Origin: an uncultured Rivularia sp.
GTDB lineage: Bacteria; Cyanobacteriota; Cyanobacteriia; Cyanobacteriales; Nostocaceae
DNA: 64,000 nucleotides
NCBI GenBank assembly: GCA_963665115.1
Contig: OY762007.1
Coordinates: forward strand, 6,912,001-6,976,000
Reading direction: 5' to 3'
Shown: piece by piece, positions 21,801 to 32,197 of the stretch
Numbering within the stretch: the first letter of the stretch is position 1
How the letters are laid out: the number at the start of each line of letters is the position of its first letter
The notes under the pieces: generated by a model
What the model was told of the DNA's origin: nothing
The model's input: the letters and a program-made list of their open reading frames with translations, nothing else
The model's database searches: none
Position numbers and translations under genes: made by a program

Positions 21801-21979
21801 TCGCTGACATTTCGTAGTCAACAATACACGCTTCACACACACTGCGTAAACCTAATTTCCTGCAACGCCGTGTTTTTTTCTTTTTAGGTGAGGTTCGCGC
21901 TTAAGTAGGCTTACTCGCAATTAGTAGTCCCGTTTTTCAATCCGATTCATGTTGCCAATCACGTGGTGAGAATTAATAG

Positions 21980-22711
21980 ATGAAAATAAACCTTAATAAT
22001 TCAACTGAAGAAGTTCAAGTTCAAATTATCCCGTTAATCGATGTTGTTTTCTGCATTCTGGTATTTTTTATTTTGGCATCGTTACAATTTACTCGCCAAC
22101 AGTCAATCAACATCGATTTACCCCAAGCTAACACTGCAACACCAGGCGTACAACCAGAAACGCAGCGAGAAATTCTACCCGTTACCATTGATGCAGTTGG
22201 TCAAATTTATGTAGAAAGAGATCCGGTACAGCCGCAGCAATTAGGAGATATCTTAAAGAACTATCTTGCAGAAAATCCTAAAGGTACTTTGGTACTATAT
22301 GCTTCGCGATCGGCAACTTATAATGACGTGATTGAAATATTAGATTTGCTACGACAAGTGGGTGGTGACAGGGTTTCTTTAGCAATAATACCTGGCTCAG
22401 AGGAACAGCCAGCCAATCCTAATCCATTGCAGCCACTTCCTAATTTACCCATTAATCCGGGAGTGAATCCAGATGGGGCGTTACCTTTACCAAATTCGCC
22501 ACTCACTCCTGCACCTAACCTTAACTTACCTCCCGGTAGCACTCAAATTCCACTTCCTAACATTCCCAATCAACCCCAAACCGGACAAGAAGTTACACCA
22601 AGAAGTCCAAGCGGTAATACGGGTACAACAGTTCCTCCAACATCGGCTCCTGTAACACCAGTTCCGGGTGCAACAGTTGCACCCGGTTCGACGAATCCTA
22701 GTCCTCAGTAA
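21980..22711 (+). CDS. exbD: ExbD/TolR biopolymer transport protein with Pro-rich C-terminal tail
   Basis: IIPLIDVVFCILVFFI, IDLPQA; follows exbB. Confidence 0.9.
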   Translation: MKINLNNSTEEVQVQIIPLIDVVFCILVFFILASLQFTRQQSINIDLPQANTATPGVQPETQREILPVTIDAVGQIYVERDPVQPQQLGDILKNYLAENPKGTLVLYASRSATYNDVIEILDLLRQVGGDRVSLAIIPGSEEQPANPNPLQPLPNLPINPGVNPDGALPLPNSPLTPAPNLNLPPGSTQIPLPNIPNQPQTGQEVTPRSPSGNTGTTVPPTSAPVTPVPGATVAPGSTNPSPQ

Positions 22712-22859
22712 GGGAGATTGGGAGACAAGGGGACAGAGGAGGCAAGGGAAACAATTAATTTTATTTCTCCATTTTTATTTTCTTCCTTCGCTTCCTTCGC
22801 TCCCTCCGCTCTCTTCAACTCTCTACTTGCTACTCATTTACTTTATAGGAAATTTCCAA

Positions 22860-23225
22860 ATGAATATCATCGCACTTTTAGTTGCTTGGTTGGTGACAGC
22901 CATAAGCTTTTTAATTATTAGCAAAATTCCATTGATCGGAGTTGAAGTTGATTCTCTGAATAAAAGCTTTGTTTCTGCGGCTGTTCTTGGTCTTATTACC
23001 GTATTTGTTAAACCAATCCTCAGACTGTTTTTTGCAATTCCAAATCTTCTTACATTAACTCTATTTCAAGGAGTGTTTACCTTTATTATCTCTGTTATTT
23101 GTTTTGGAATTGCAGCTTTCCTAGTACAAGGATTTCGCTTGCGTTATGGAATTTGGAGCGCAATAATGGGAGCGCTAACACTCTCAGTTGTTAGCAGCAT
23201 AATTTACCATATTTTACCTTTGTAA
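22860..23225 (+). CDS. Four-TM phage-holin-like (YvlD/DUF360) family protein
   Basis: GVEVDS...AAVLGL...VKPIL...GFRL pattern; start at MNIIAL. Confidence 0.8.
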   Translation: MNIIALLVAWLVTAISFLIISKIPLIGVEVDSLNKSFVSAAVLGLITVFVKPILRLFFAIPNLLTLTLFQGVFTFIISVICFGIAAFLVQGFRLRYGIWSAIMGALTLSVVSSIIYHILPL

Positions 23226-23460
23226 GCTCAAAAGTTAGGAGCGATAAATCAAGATTTAACTCCTAACTTCTTCACGAGAGATTTTAGATGTTTTGGATTT
23301 TGGATTGTTCTCTTCTTTAAAAAATAAGCTTGTCAACTTCAGATTTTATATTTTAAATTAAAGATTTTTAGATTTGGATATTTTAGATTATCCCCTACTT
23401 GAGCTAGGGGTTTGTTCTTTTAATCTAAAATCCAAAATCTACAATCCAAAATTGGAAAGG

Positions 23461-24162
23461 TCATTCTTGAGAGGGAGGTGCAACTTTAGTATCGGATTGC
23501 TGAGCGCGTTGCTCGCGTCTTTTACGATCTGCTGCAACCATATCTGCCATTACTATCGCAGCTTGAGCCATTTTATCCAAGTTTGAGCGATATAAATCTA
23601 AATCTTTACTCAGTTTATCTTCAGATAAATTCAAGCTATTTGCAATAGTTTTTAAAGCTTCGTTGCGGAGTTTTTCGTCTTTAACCATTTCTGGATCTGA
23701 CGATTCCAATAAAGTATATAAACCAATCGCAAATAAACGGCTGTATTTAAATGAAGGATTATTGGCAATGCTTTCTAATAATGCTTGCAGATCGGAATCA
23801 TTTCCCAAACGTTTTTGGCTTAAATTAGCAACTAAATCTTTTGCCGGTATGTTTTTAGCTAATTCCTCCAACCGTTGAGCATCTTGTCTATATTGCTGTG
23901 GATCTTCTTCCACAGACTTGATTAAAGCATGATAAATCGATTCCTTGTCTTCGTCGGGTTTATAACCCTGCATAAATCGGTTAAAAGTAGTCACAACACC
24001 CAAGGCATAAATGGGGTTGTATTTGAAATCGGCGTTTACACTAAGTAGGTGCATTTCTACCATTAACTCTTCTACCACCCGACGATAAATCGTATTGATT
24101 GGACGGGTGTGAAGACTGTAGAATGTTCTTTTTGTATCAGAAACGGTACGGACGTTATTCAC
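23461..24162 (-). CDS. psb29: Photosystem II biogenesis protein Psb29/THF1
   Basis: [11 protein letters not shown]...[24 protein letters not shown]. Confidence 0.95.
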   Translation of the reverse strand: MNNVRTVSDTKRTFYSLHTRPINTIYRRVVEELMVEMHLLSVNADFKYNPIYALGVVTTFNRFMQGYKPDEDKESIYHALIKSVEEDPQQYRQDAQRLEELAKNIPAKDLVANLSQKRLGNDSDLQALLESIANNPSFKYSRLFAIGLYTLLESSDPEMVKDEKLRNEALKTIANSLNLSEDKLSKDLDLYRSNLDKMAQAAIVMADMVAADRKRREQRAQQSDTKVAPPSQE

Positions 24163-24427
24163 GAAGAAATTTTTATGAAATTTAAGGGCAATGTAAACTT
24201 ATTCTCGCGCTTGTAGGTGACTTTGCCAAGTAATGGTTAAGAAACAATTACCACGGGAAAATGCATCCTACTCGCTGGTTAGAAGCAATTACAGTTTTAC
24301 AAATGACTGTTTCATGCTGTAACAAAAAGGTCATAACCATATTCTAAATATGGCAATAGGAAATATAAACACCTTTCCTTATATAATCAATCCATATTTA
24401 TAATAGTTTAATCTTTAATTTGTCATT

Positions 24428-25021
24428 ATGACTTCTTCACCACATTTAAGCATCTTAGCCCAATACCTCGCAGGTGAGTTTGAAAATAAACAACAAGCAA
24501 TGTCAGAACCTGCTTGGTACGTTAATTTGCTGATGTGGCAAAGACCTGTATCTTTATTTCAAGAGGATAGTATAGTTTTTTTTGCCGAACAAGCGAATAT
24601 TCTTAACATAGAGCAGCCTTACCGTCAGCGCTTGCTACGAATTACACCTTGTACCGCTGATGGTGAATTCAAAGCTCAGTATTATATGTTTAAAGATCCG
24701 ACTGCATGGCGCGGTGCAGGTCGTAATTATAAATTACTTAATGACATTACTACCGAAAAAATAGATATACTACCGGGATGCGTTCTAAGAGTTAATACAG
24801 AAACTTTGGCTCAAAATCAATACAAATTTATTGCAAAACCGATACCAGATAACCGCTGCACGTTTGATTATGCTGGTAATACTGTAGAAGTTTCTTTGGG
24901 ATTTGAAGCAACCCAAAAAGAATTTTTGAGCTATGACAAAGGAATCGATCCAGAAACGCGAAAAGCAACTTGGGGAGCAATTTTAGGTCCTTATCGCTAC
25001 ACCAAGCTGCAACAGTACTAA
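24428..25021 (+). CDS. cpcT: CpcT/CpeT-family phycobilin lyase
   Basis: LAGEFENKQQA, PYRQR, LPGC, SYDKGIDP...WGA. Confidence 0.88.
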   Translation: MTSSPHLSILAQYLAGEFENKQQAMSEPAWYVNLLMWQRPVSLFQEDSIVFFAEQANILNIEQPYRQRLLRITPCTADGEFKAQYYMFKDPTAWRGAGRNYKLLNDITTEKIDILPGCVLRVNTETLAQNQYKFIAKPIPDNRCTFDYAGNTVEVSLGFEATQKEFLSYDKGIDPETRKATWGAILGPYRYTKLQQY

Positions 25022-25196
25022 AAAAATTAGGAGTTAGGAATTGGCAGTTAAAAGTACCGCAGAATACTATATAACAAAAAAAACCTTATTTATGGTTATA
25101 TTCGGTAATTTTTATGCTTGGAAAATCAAATAAAGTTTAGCTAACTTGTGGTATAAACAGGTCTTCTTTAACTTAATTCCTAACTCCTAACAACTA

Positions 25197-25565
25197 TTAG
25201 CTAGCAATACTGCGAGGTACACCTTCTAAAGCTTCCTCTTCAGTTTCAAATATTTCAAATACGGTATCCATCATTGTTACTTCAAATACTAGTTTTGCTT
25301 CTGGATGTACGTTACAAATACGGAAACTTCCCTTTACTTTGTCCGCATCGCGCATTCCAGCAACTAAAGAAGTAAGCCCGGAACTATCAATAAAATTTAC
25401 CTGTCCTAAATTTACAACTACGTGGGGACTGAGTTTAGAAATACATTCTTGTAGCTTGAGACGAAACTGCCAAGCTGTAGTAATGTCTAAACGTCCTGTA
25501 GGCGATAAAACTATAACGGTATTTCCGTCCTGAGTTGTATAACTTTTCTGTTCTATATGAATCAT
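25197..25565 (-). CDS. STAS-domain anti-sigma factor antagonist
   Basis: GRLD, VNFIDSSGL. Confidence 0.9.
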   Translation of the reverse strand: MIHIEQKSYTTQDGNTVIVLSPTGRLDITTAWQFRLKLQECISKLSPHVVVNLGQVNFIDSSGLTSLVAGMRDADKVKGSFRICNVHPEAKLVFEVTMMDTVFEIFETEEEALEGVPRSIAS

Positions 25566-25797
25566 AAAGGTTTCCCCTAGCACTCTTCAAACTAACTAAT
25601 TAGATACAGCTATTTTTGCAAGATACTGGCAAACATATAGACAATAATCTACAGCTAATATGTTATTCCCTTATACATAGGCATAGGGGGCTTAATCAGT
25701 AACAAAAATAATTAATGCTGTAGCGAGAGTTTAACAAGCTACAGCCTCAATTGTCACCTTGCACAAATGGTATCTTTAGTAGTCTAACTCACATTAT

Positions 25798-26838
25798 TTA
25801 GGTATGTCTCTGCTTCCAGTTAACCCAATCTTGAGGCTTGAGGAAGGTTTCGTACAGTTCGGCTTCTGGGGAACCTGGTTCTGGCTGATACCCATACTGC
25901 CAGCGTACTAATGGTGGTAAGGACATCAAAATTGACTCAGTACGTCCGTTTGTCTGCAAGCCAAAAATGGTACCCCGGTCGTAAACCAAATTAAATTCTA
26001 CATACCTACCCCGACGATATAGCTGAAAATCTCGTTGGCGATCGCTATATTCCATCGGATGTCTTTTTTTGACGATTGGCAGATAAGCGGGTAAAAATGA
26101 TTTACCGCATTCTTGGGCAAAGGCAAATATTTCTTCCCAGCTACGAGTAGGTAGTTCGCCAATTTCATTGCTGTACTCAGCCGCTGCTTTATCCGCATGG
26201 GGACCGCGATACAAAGCACCCGTTCCGTCTTGGTAATCGAAAAATAAACCGCCGACACCTCTGGTTTCATCACGATGTTTGAGGTAAAAATATTCATCGC
26301 ACCAGCGCTTGAACACTGGGTAATATTCTTGATGGTGCTTATCGCAAGCCTGTTTATAAGTTTCGTGAAAATGCGTTGCATCTTCAGCAAAAGGATAGTA
26401 AGGAGTCATATCCGCTCCACCACCAAACCACCAAACTGGGCCAGCTTCAAAGTAGCGATAATTCAGATGAACGGTAGGACAATACGGATTGCGGGGGTGC
26501 AGCACCATTGAAGTTCCCGTCGCATAAAACTTATGTCCTTCTGCTTCCGGACGATTCGCAACAATCGAAGGCGGTAACTTGGAACCCCAAACTTCCGAAA
26601 AATTTACACCACCTTGTTCAAAAATTGCACCTTCACGTAAGACTCGCGAACGTCCACCACCACCTTCGGGACGTTCCCAACTATCTTCTTGAAATTGTCC
26701 CGCGCCATCAAGTTCAGCTAAAGATTGAGAAATTTCATCTTGTAACTGCTTCATAAAAGCACTAACTTTAGCCTTAGCATCAGATGGCGGTAAAGATTGG
26801 GAAGAAGGTGATTTGGGGGAGGTTGGCGATGTCAACAT
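25798..26838 (-). CDS. hemF: Oxygen-dependent coproporphyrinogen III oxidase
   Basis: [38 protein letters not shown]. Confidence 0.97.
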   Translation of the reverse strand: MLTSPTSPKSPSSQSLPPSDAKAKVSAFMKQLQDEISQSLAELDGAGQFQEDSWERPEGGGGRSRVLREGAIFEQGGVNFSEVWGSKLPPSIVANRPEAEGHKFYATGTSMVLHPRNPYCPTVHLNYRYFEAGPVWWFGGGADMTPYYPFAEDATHFHETYKQACDKHHQEYYPVFKRWCDEYFYLKHRDETRGVGGLFFDYQDGTGALYRGPHADKAAAEYSNEIGELPTRSWEEIFAFAQECGKSFLPAYLPIVKKRHPMEYSDRQRDFQLYRRGRYVEFNLVYDRGTIFGLQTNGRTESILMSLPPLVRWQYGYQPEPGSPEAELYETFLKPQDWVNWKQRHT

Positions 26839-27588
26839 AAATTTCTGAACCTACTAAATAACGATTTCTATTTTTCCGCGAGCGGAACTATTTGGGTATT
26901 AAATCCCGCACTCAGGTTTCACCCGAATGCTCGGGATGGAATATAAATATCCCACGTAATTTTCCGGTAACGTGGATAAACTTATTCTCCCTCAAATAGG
27001 TATATGCTTTTAAATTGGTTAACTTTTTGCAACTTTTTTATCTGAGTACCCTAATATTGAGACTAAATTCTGTAACAATATCCTGTAAGCGGTTGCTGTG
27101 AAGGTGCATAAACTTAAGAAGGCATAGAATCAATAGGCAAGTGGCGATCGAGAATAAGCGTTTTGTACCTCAATACTCAGACCTTACTTGAATTGCTGTA
27201 ACTGCTGCTATACAGAGCCTTTTATCTAAAATTGCGGCTCAACAAAGCCAATAATCTATATCGTAGCTTACATCAAAAAGCACACATTTCCTGTTGGAGA
27301 AAGAAGATATTAGTAGCTTGTTTAATGTATTAAAAGAAAAGCAGCATATCAAAATCTTGCTCGCATAGCACAAAAGTACAGCGTCTTGAATCTTGTCTTA
27401 AAGAATATTTATCTTGTTTCAAACACCAGCTAGATAGTAAAAGCAGTTTATCCATTTGTATAAAGAAGTGTCACTGGTAACAATTTAAATTGCTCCGAAA
27501 ATTTATGAAATGGGAAAAGAGCGAAAGTTACTTAACAAACCCAAATTATCAGACTAAAGCAAAGTGTGTAGCCGGGAGGATTGAGAGA

Positions 27589-28110
27589 ATGCAAGGTTGG
27601 TTATCGAAATTTATCAACCGCAAGCGTCGTCGAGTTTGCGTTTCTCTGGTGCGAAGTTATCGCGAAATTAGTTCAGCTTCTGTAGATGAAATATGGCATA
27701 AAGTTGTTGACTTGGCAGACGTTTCCTGGCATCCATTATTTAAAAGTACTAACGTACCTTACGGATTAGTACCCAAACCAGGATTGATTTACCAAGCTGT
27801 TACCCGTCTTTCACCGATTCCAATTCGTATTTTTGTCGAACGTGTTAATCCCAGAGAATTATTAAGCGTGCGAATTCTAGCAATTCCCGGCGTAGAAGAA
27901 CGAATTAGTTACAAAATAGAATCCACAGTTTGCGGTAGTTGTTTGTCTTATTCCGTTACTTTACGCGGTTGGCTCTCTCCCTTAGTTTGGTCATTTTCTC
28001 GTCCTTATGCAGACAAAGTAGCGCGGGCTTTAATCGAAGCTGTTGAAGAAGCCGCAATTAAAGCAGTATCGGGAAAAAGGAAATCGACTTTGCAATCCGA
28101 ATTATTTTAA
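27589..28110 (+). CDS. SRPBCC (polyketide cyclase-like) family protein
   Basis: SASVDEIWHKVVDLADVSWHP pattern; GGAG upstream of ATG at 27589. Confidence 0.7.
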   Translation: MQGWLSKFINRKRRRVCVSLVRSYREISSASVDEIWHKVVDLADVSWHPLFKSTNVPYGLVPKPGLIYQAVTRLSPIPIRIFVERVNPRELLSVRILAIPGVEERISYKIESTVCGSCLSYSVTLRGWLSPLVWSFSRPYADKVARALIEAVEEAAIKAVSGKRKSTLQSELF

Positions 28111-28367
28111 TTTGGTAATTGGTAGTTGGTAATTGGTAATTGGTAATTGGTAATTGGGGATTGGGCATGGGGCATTGGGCATTAAGTTAAGAGTTAGGAG
28201 TTAGGAGTTAGGAGTTATTAAGGTCAAAGGTCAAAGGTTAAAGCTTAAAATTCTCCTTGTCTCCCCATCTCCCCCTCTCCCATGCCCCATCCCCTATCCC
28301 CCATGCCCAATTAATTAGATAATATTTTTTTGTTACAAATTGTTTCAGCATTAAGCGTGCAAATACT

Positions 28368-29438
28368 ATGCAAAATGTTCTTTCGGCAAGTTCAGTTTTA
28401 GAAATATTGCGTCCGGTGCAAGATCCAGAGCTTCGTAAAAGTCTGGTGGAACTGAATATGATTCGTAATGTCAAAATCGATGATGGCAAGGTTAGCTTCA
28501 CTTTGGTTTTGACTACACCTGCTTGTCCTTTACGAGAATTTATTGTTGAAGATTGTCAAAAAGCTGTAAAAAAACTTCCAGGAGTTACCGATGTATCTGT
28601 AGAAGTTACGGCAGAAACACCGCAACAAAAAAGTTTGCCCGATCGCAATGGCATACCTGGGATCAAAAATATTGTTGCTGTTTCTAGCGGTAAAGGTGGT
28701 GTCGGTAAAAGTACGGTGGCTGTAAACATTGCAGTAGCTTTAGCCCAAACGGGAGCTAAAGTAGGTTTGCTCGATGCCGATATTTACGGCCCCAATGACC
28801 CCACAATGTTGGGACTCGAATCTGCTCAAATAAAAGTCAGTCAAGGTGAAAAAGGCGAAATCTTGGAACCTGCCTTTAATCATGGAGTCAAGTTAGTTTC
28901 AATGGGTTTTCTGATCGACCGAGATCAACCCGTAATTTGGCGCGGACCAATGCTGAATGGAGTTATTCGTCAGTTTTTATATCAGGTGGAATGGGGAGAA
29001 CTGGACTACTTGATTGTAGATATGCCACCAGGAACTGGTGATGCTCAGTTAACATTGACACAAGCAGTACCGATCGCCGGTGTCGTGATAGTAACTACAC
29101 CACAGAACGTAGCTTTACTAGATTCTCGTAAAGGCTTGCGGATGTTTCAGCAGTTGAAAGTACCAGTTTTGGGGATTATTGAAAATATGAGTTATTTTAT
29201 ACCCCCAGATATGCCAAATAAGCAGTATGATATTTTCGGTTCCGGTGGTGGCTCAAAAACGGCCGCCGAATTGGAAATACCTCTACTCGGCTGCGTACCG
29301 CTGGAAATATCTACAAGAGTTGGTGGAGACAACGGTGTACCAATAGTTGTAGCCGACGAGCATTCAGCTTCAGCAAAAGCTTTAAAAGAAATTGCTTTGG
29401 CGATCGCCGGAAAAGTATCAGTGGCTGCCCTGACATAA
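28368..29438 (+). CDS. mrp: Mrp/NBP35 (ApbC) Fe-S carrier ATPase
   Basis: LTTPACP, SGKGGVGKST, DADIYGP, DMPPGTGD, ENMS. Confidence 0.95.
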   Translation: MQNVLSASSVLEILRPVQDPELRKSLVELNMIRNVKIDDGKVSFTLVLTTPACPLREFIVEDCQKAVKKLPGVTDVSVEVTAETPQQKSLPDRNGIPGIKNIVAVSSGKGGVGKSTVAVNIAVALAQTGAKVGLLDADIYGPNDPTMLGLESAQIKVSQGEKGEILEPAFNHGVKLVSMGFLIDRDQPVIWRGPMLNGVIRQFLYQVEWGELDYLIVDMPPGTGDAQLTLTQAVPIAGVVIVTTPQNVALLDSRKGLRMFQQLKVPVLGIIENMSYFIPPDMPNKQYDIFGSGGGSKTAAELEIPLLGCVPLEISTRVGGDNGVPIVVADEHSASAKALKEIALAIAGKVSVAALT

Positions 29439-29542
29439 AAAAATCGATGTATTTCTGTCTGGGTAGCGTACTGAGTACTGAGAATAAAGATAAAAAGACG
29501 CAATTATCAAGTATTTATCAGCTCAGGTATTAATAAGACTAG

Positions 29543-30862
29543 ATGTTACTAAAAAAGTCACGCTACTCACGAAATAGAAATCGCTGGCAGAATTTATTTA
29601 AGCCCTGGCACCAAGTAGACTTACTGCTATTCTTGCTGCCCATTGCCGTCAGCATATTCGGCGGCTTTATGATTTCCAGTACGGAATTAAGCCAGGGAGA
29701 AACTAAGTGGTTGTCGCACTTATCAATGGCGAGTGTAGGTTTCTTAATCGCTTTGTTGATAGCCCGCAGTCGTTATGAAGGTCTCCGACAGTGGCACTGG
29801 GTTACTTATGCTTTAACCAACGCCAGCCTGATAGCAGTAATGGCAATAGGTGTTAGTGCTAAAGGGGCACAGCGCTGGATTAGTATTGGTAGTTTCAACG
29901 TGCAGCCGTCGGAATTTGCCAAGTTAGGAGCAATTATTACCCTAGCCGCACTGTTACACAAGCGCACGGCTTCAACTCTTCCCAACTTTTTCCGGGCTTT
30001 GGCAGTAACGGCAGTTCCTTGGGCATTAGTATTTTTACAGCCAGATTTAGCAACATCATTGGTATTTAGTGCGGTTGTATTGGCAATGCTGTATTGGGCA
30101 AATGCCAATCCTGGCTGGTTAATACTATTAGTTTCTCCAGTAGTAGCGGCGATTTTGTTTAGCATACCTTGGCCTTGGACTGAGCAAATGGTGGTAGCTG
30201 AAGGGATATTTTTTACACCTTTAGGTTTGATTTGGTCATTCGCTATGGGCTTGTTAGGCTTGTTGACGCTTCCTGGCAAAAGGTTTGGTTTAGGAGGTAT
30301 TGGTGCCTTAGCTTTGAATCTGCTGGGTGGAGAGTTAGGAATCTTTGCTTGGAATCACCTACTTAAAGAATATCAAAAAGGTAGAATCACCTCATTTCTT
30401 AACCCAGAACTAGATCCCTTGGGAACTGGCTATCACTTGATTCAATCTCGTATTGCCATTGGTGCTGGTAAATGGTTTGGTTGGGGTCCGTTTAATGGCC
30501 CTATGACTCAATTAAACTTCGTTCCCGAACAGCATACCGACTTTATTTTCTCGGCAGTTGGCGAAGAATTTGGTTTTATCGGCTGTTTGGTATTATTGCT
30601 GGTATTTTGCTTAATTTGTCTAAGGTTGCTCCACGTTGCTTTGACGGCTAAAGATAATTTCGGCTCATTAATAGCAATTGGCGTTTTGGCAATAATTGTG
30701 TTCCAGATGGCTGTTAATATTGGAATGACAATAGGTTTAGCACCCGTAGCGGGAATACCTCTACCATTTATGAGTTATGGTAATTCGGCAATGTTAGCTA
30801 ATTTTATCGGCATTGGATTAGTTGAATCAGTAGCGAACTTTCGCAACTTAAATAAGTATTAA
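29543..30862 (+). CDS. rodA: Rod shape-determining protein RodA (SEDS family)
   Basis: GAQRW, QPSEFAK, QPDL, PEQHTDFIF, GIPLPFMSYG. Confidence 0.93.
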   Translation: MLLKKSRYSRNRNRWQNLFKPWHQVDLLLFLLPIAVSIFGGFMISSTELSQGETKWLSHLSMASVGFLIALLIARSRYEGLRQWHWVTYALTNASLIAVMAIGVSAKGAQRWISIGSFNVQPSEFAKLGAIITLAALLHKRTASTLPNFFRALAVTAVPWALVFLQPDLATSLVFSAVVLAMLYWANANPGWLILLVSPVVAAILFSIPWPWTEQMVVAEGIFFTPLGLIWSFAMGLLGLLTLPGKRFGLGGIGALALNLLGGELGIFAWNHLLKEYQKGRITSFLNPELDPLGTGYHLIQSRIAIGAGKWFGWGPFNGPMTQLNFVPEQHTDFIFSAVGEEFGFIGCLVLLLVFCLICLRLLHVALTAKDNFGSLIAIGVLAIIVFQMAVNIGMTIGLAPVAGIPLPFMSYGNSAMLANFIGIGLVESVANFRNLNKY

Positions 30863-31073
30863 TAACTAGTAATCAATTATCAATGAGCAATTATCAATGA
30901 CCGGGTAAAAAACGGATTATTATGGGTTCAATTTCGCTGTCGGAGAATAATATGCAATGCTTGTGGCTATTACATTCCTTATTATCCGCAGTCTGGGGAC
31001 TGATAATTAATAATTGATAATTAATAATTGATCGTTGATAATTGATAACTGATAATTGAAAAGAGCAATAACC

Positions 31074-31265
31074 ATGATTTTGCCTGGAGCAACCGTTCGC
31101 GTTAAAAACCCCGCAGATACTTATTACCGTTTTGAGGGACTCGTACAGCGAGTCAGCGATGGTAAAGTAGCTGTACTGTTTGAAGGTGGTAATTGGGATA
31201 AATTAATTACCTTTAGATTTAGTGAGTTAGAGCCTGTAGACCCCACAGCAGGACGCAAAAAGTAA
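31074..31265 (+). CDS. ndhS: NDH-1 complex subunit S
   Basis: [10 protein letters not shown]...[26 protein letters not shown]. Confidence 0.93.
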   Translation: MILPGATVRVKNPADTYYRFEGLVQRVSDGKVAVLFEGGNWDKLITFRFSELEPVDPTAGRKK

Positions 31266-31386
31266 AGTAAGAATTAGTTACGAGTTAGAGTTGAGAGTTT
31301 TGTATTATTTGTTATTATTTTTTAACCGATCGTTTTTAACTCATAACTCATAACTCATAACTCATAACTCATAACTTAATTTATTT

Positions 31387-32028
31387 ATGCGCCTTCCTTT
31401 ACCGCAGTTTAGTAACAGCAATCGTCATCCCAATCATTTTGCTGAAGTGATTGAAACAGCTAGTTGCGATTTTTTGGCTCAATGTTTAGATCCCGAAGAT
31501 TTGAGCTTCCCAGCAATGCCTCCTTTCGGTAGCTGGGTGTGTTCGGTAGATGAAGAATCAGCAAATAAAGTGTTTGCGGTTGTATTTCATGCAACTACGA
31601 TGCCTATAGATTCCGTACATAGACCTGTAGCTTTAGGTTTATCCCTGCAAGATTTGCGAGAGGAGCAACCCCAAATATTCGCCATGCTCAAAACTGAATT
31701 CCGTGCCGCGATTGTCGGATTTGAGCAGGTGCAAGGTAATCAAATATATCAGTATCTACCACCTCGACCTCCCCAGATTCATCAAGCGGTTCATCGATGC
31801 GAATCAGAAGAAGTGCTAAAATTTACCGAAAAATTTGATTTTTTACAAACCTTACTTTCGGTTAATGGTGCCCCAGTTGAAGCTTTGAGTGCAGCAGCAA
31901 TTCGGGATGTATACAAGTTACGCAAAGCTGACAGACAATGGTTAGTAGAAGCTGGACGCTACTTAAGCGTGTTGCTGAAAGATGACTACGACCGTCTGCG
32001 ATTCATTTTGAATCAAATACATCCGTAG
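31387..32028 (+). CDS. Stand-alone HAS-barrel domain protein
   Basis: AEVIET...PPFGSWV...QYLPPRPPQIHQAV, LLKDDYDRL; resembles the conserved cyanobacterial family from memory. Confidence 0.7.
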   Translation: MRLPLPQFSNSNRHPNHFAEVIETASCDFLAQCLDPEDLSFPAMPPFGSWVCSVDEESANKVFAVVFHATTMPIDSVHRPVALGLSLQDLREEQPQIFAMLKTEFRAAIVGFEQVQGNQIYQYLPPRPPQIHQAVHRCESEEVLKFTEKFDFLQTLLSVNGAPVEALSAAAIRDVYKLRKADRQWLVEAGRYLSVLLKDDYDRLRFILNQIHP

Positions 32029-32197
32029 GTAGTTCATTTATAGACAGTTTTTAAGGTATTCTAAGTATAATTTTTGATTTTTTTTAACGGTAACAAGTTT
32101 TCTTCGTATTTAAAAAAGGTATTTAAAGTTCTGTACATCATAACTGCGATTGCAGCAGCAAGTAGCACGTTTTTGTTTTGTCCGCAATAAATAAAAT

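Noticed and set aside
22860..23225. Prophage inferred from the holin-like gene
   Set aside because: This four-TM family is common in non-phage contexts, and the neighbours are core genes (exbD, psb29).
31001..31060. Fur/Zur boxes in TGATAATT-rich DNA upstream of ndhS
   Set aside because: The sequence is a tandem heptamer repeat (TGATAAT/TAATAAT), not an isolated palindromic operator.
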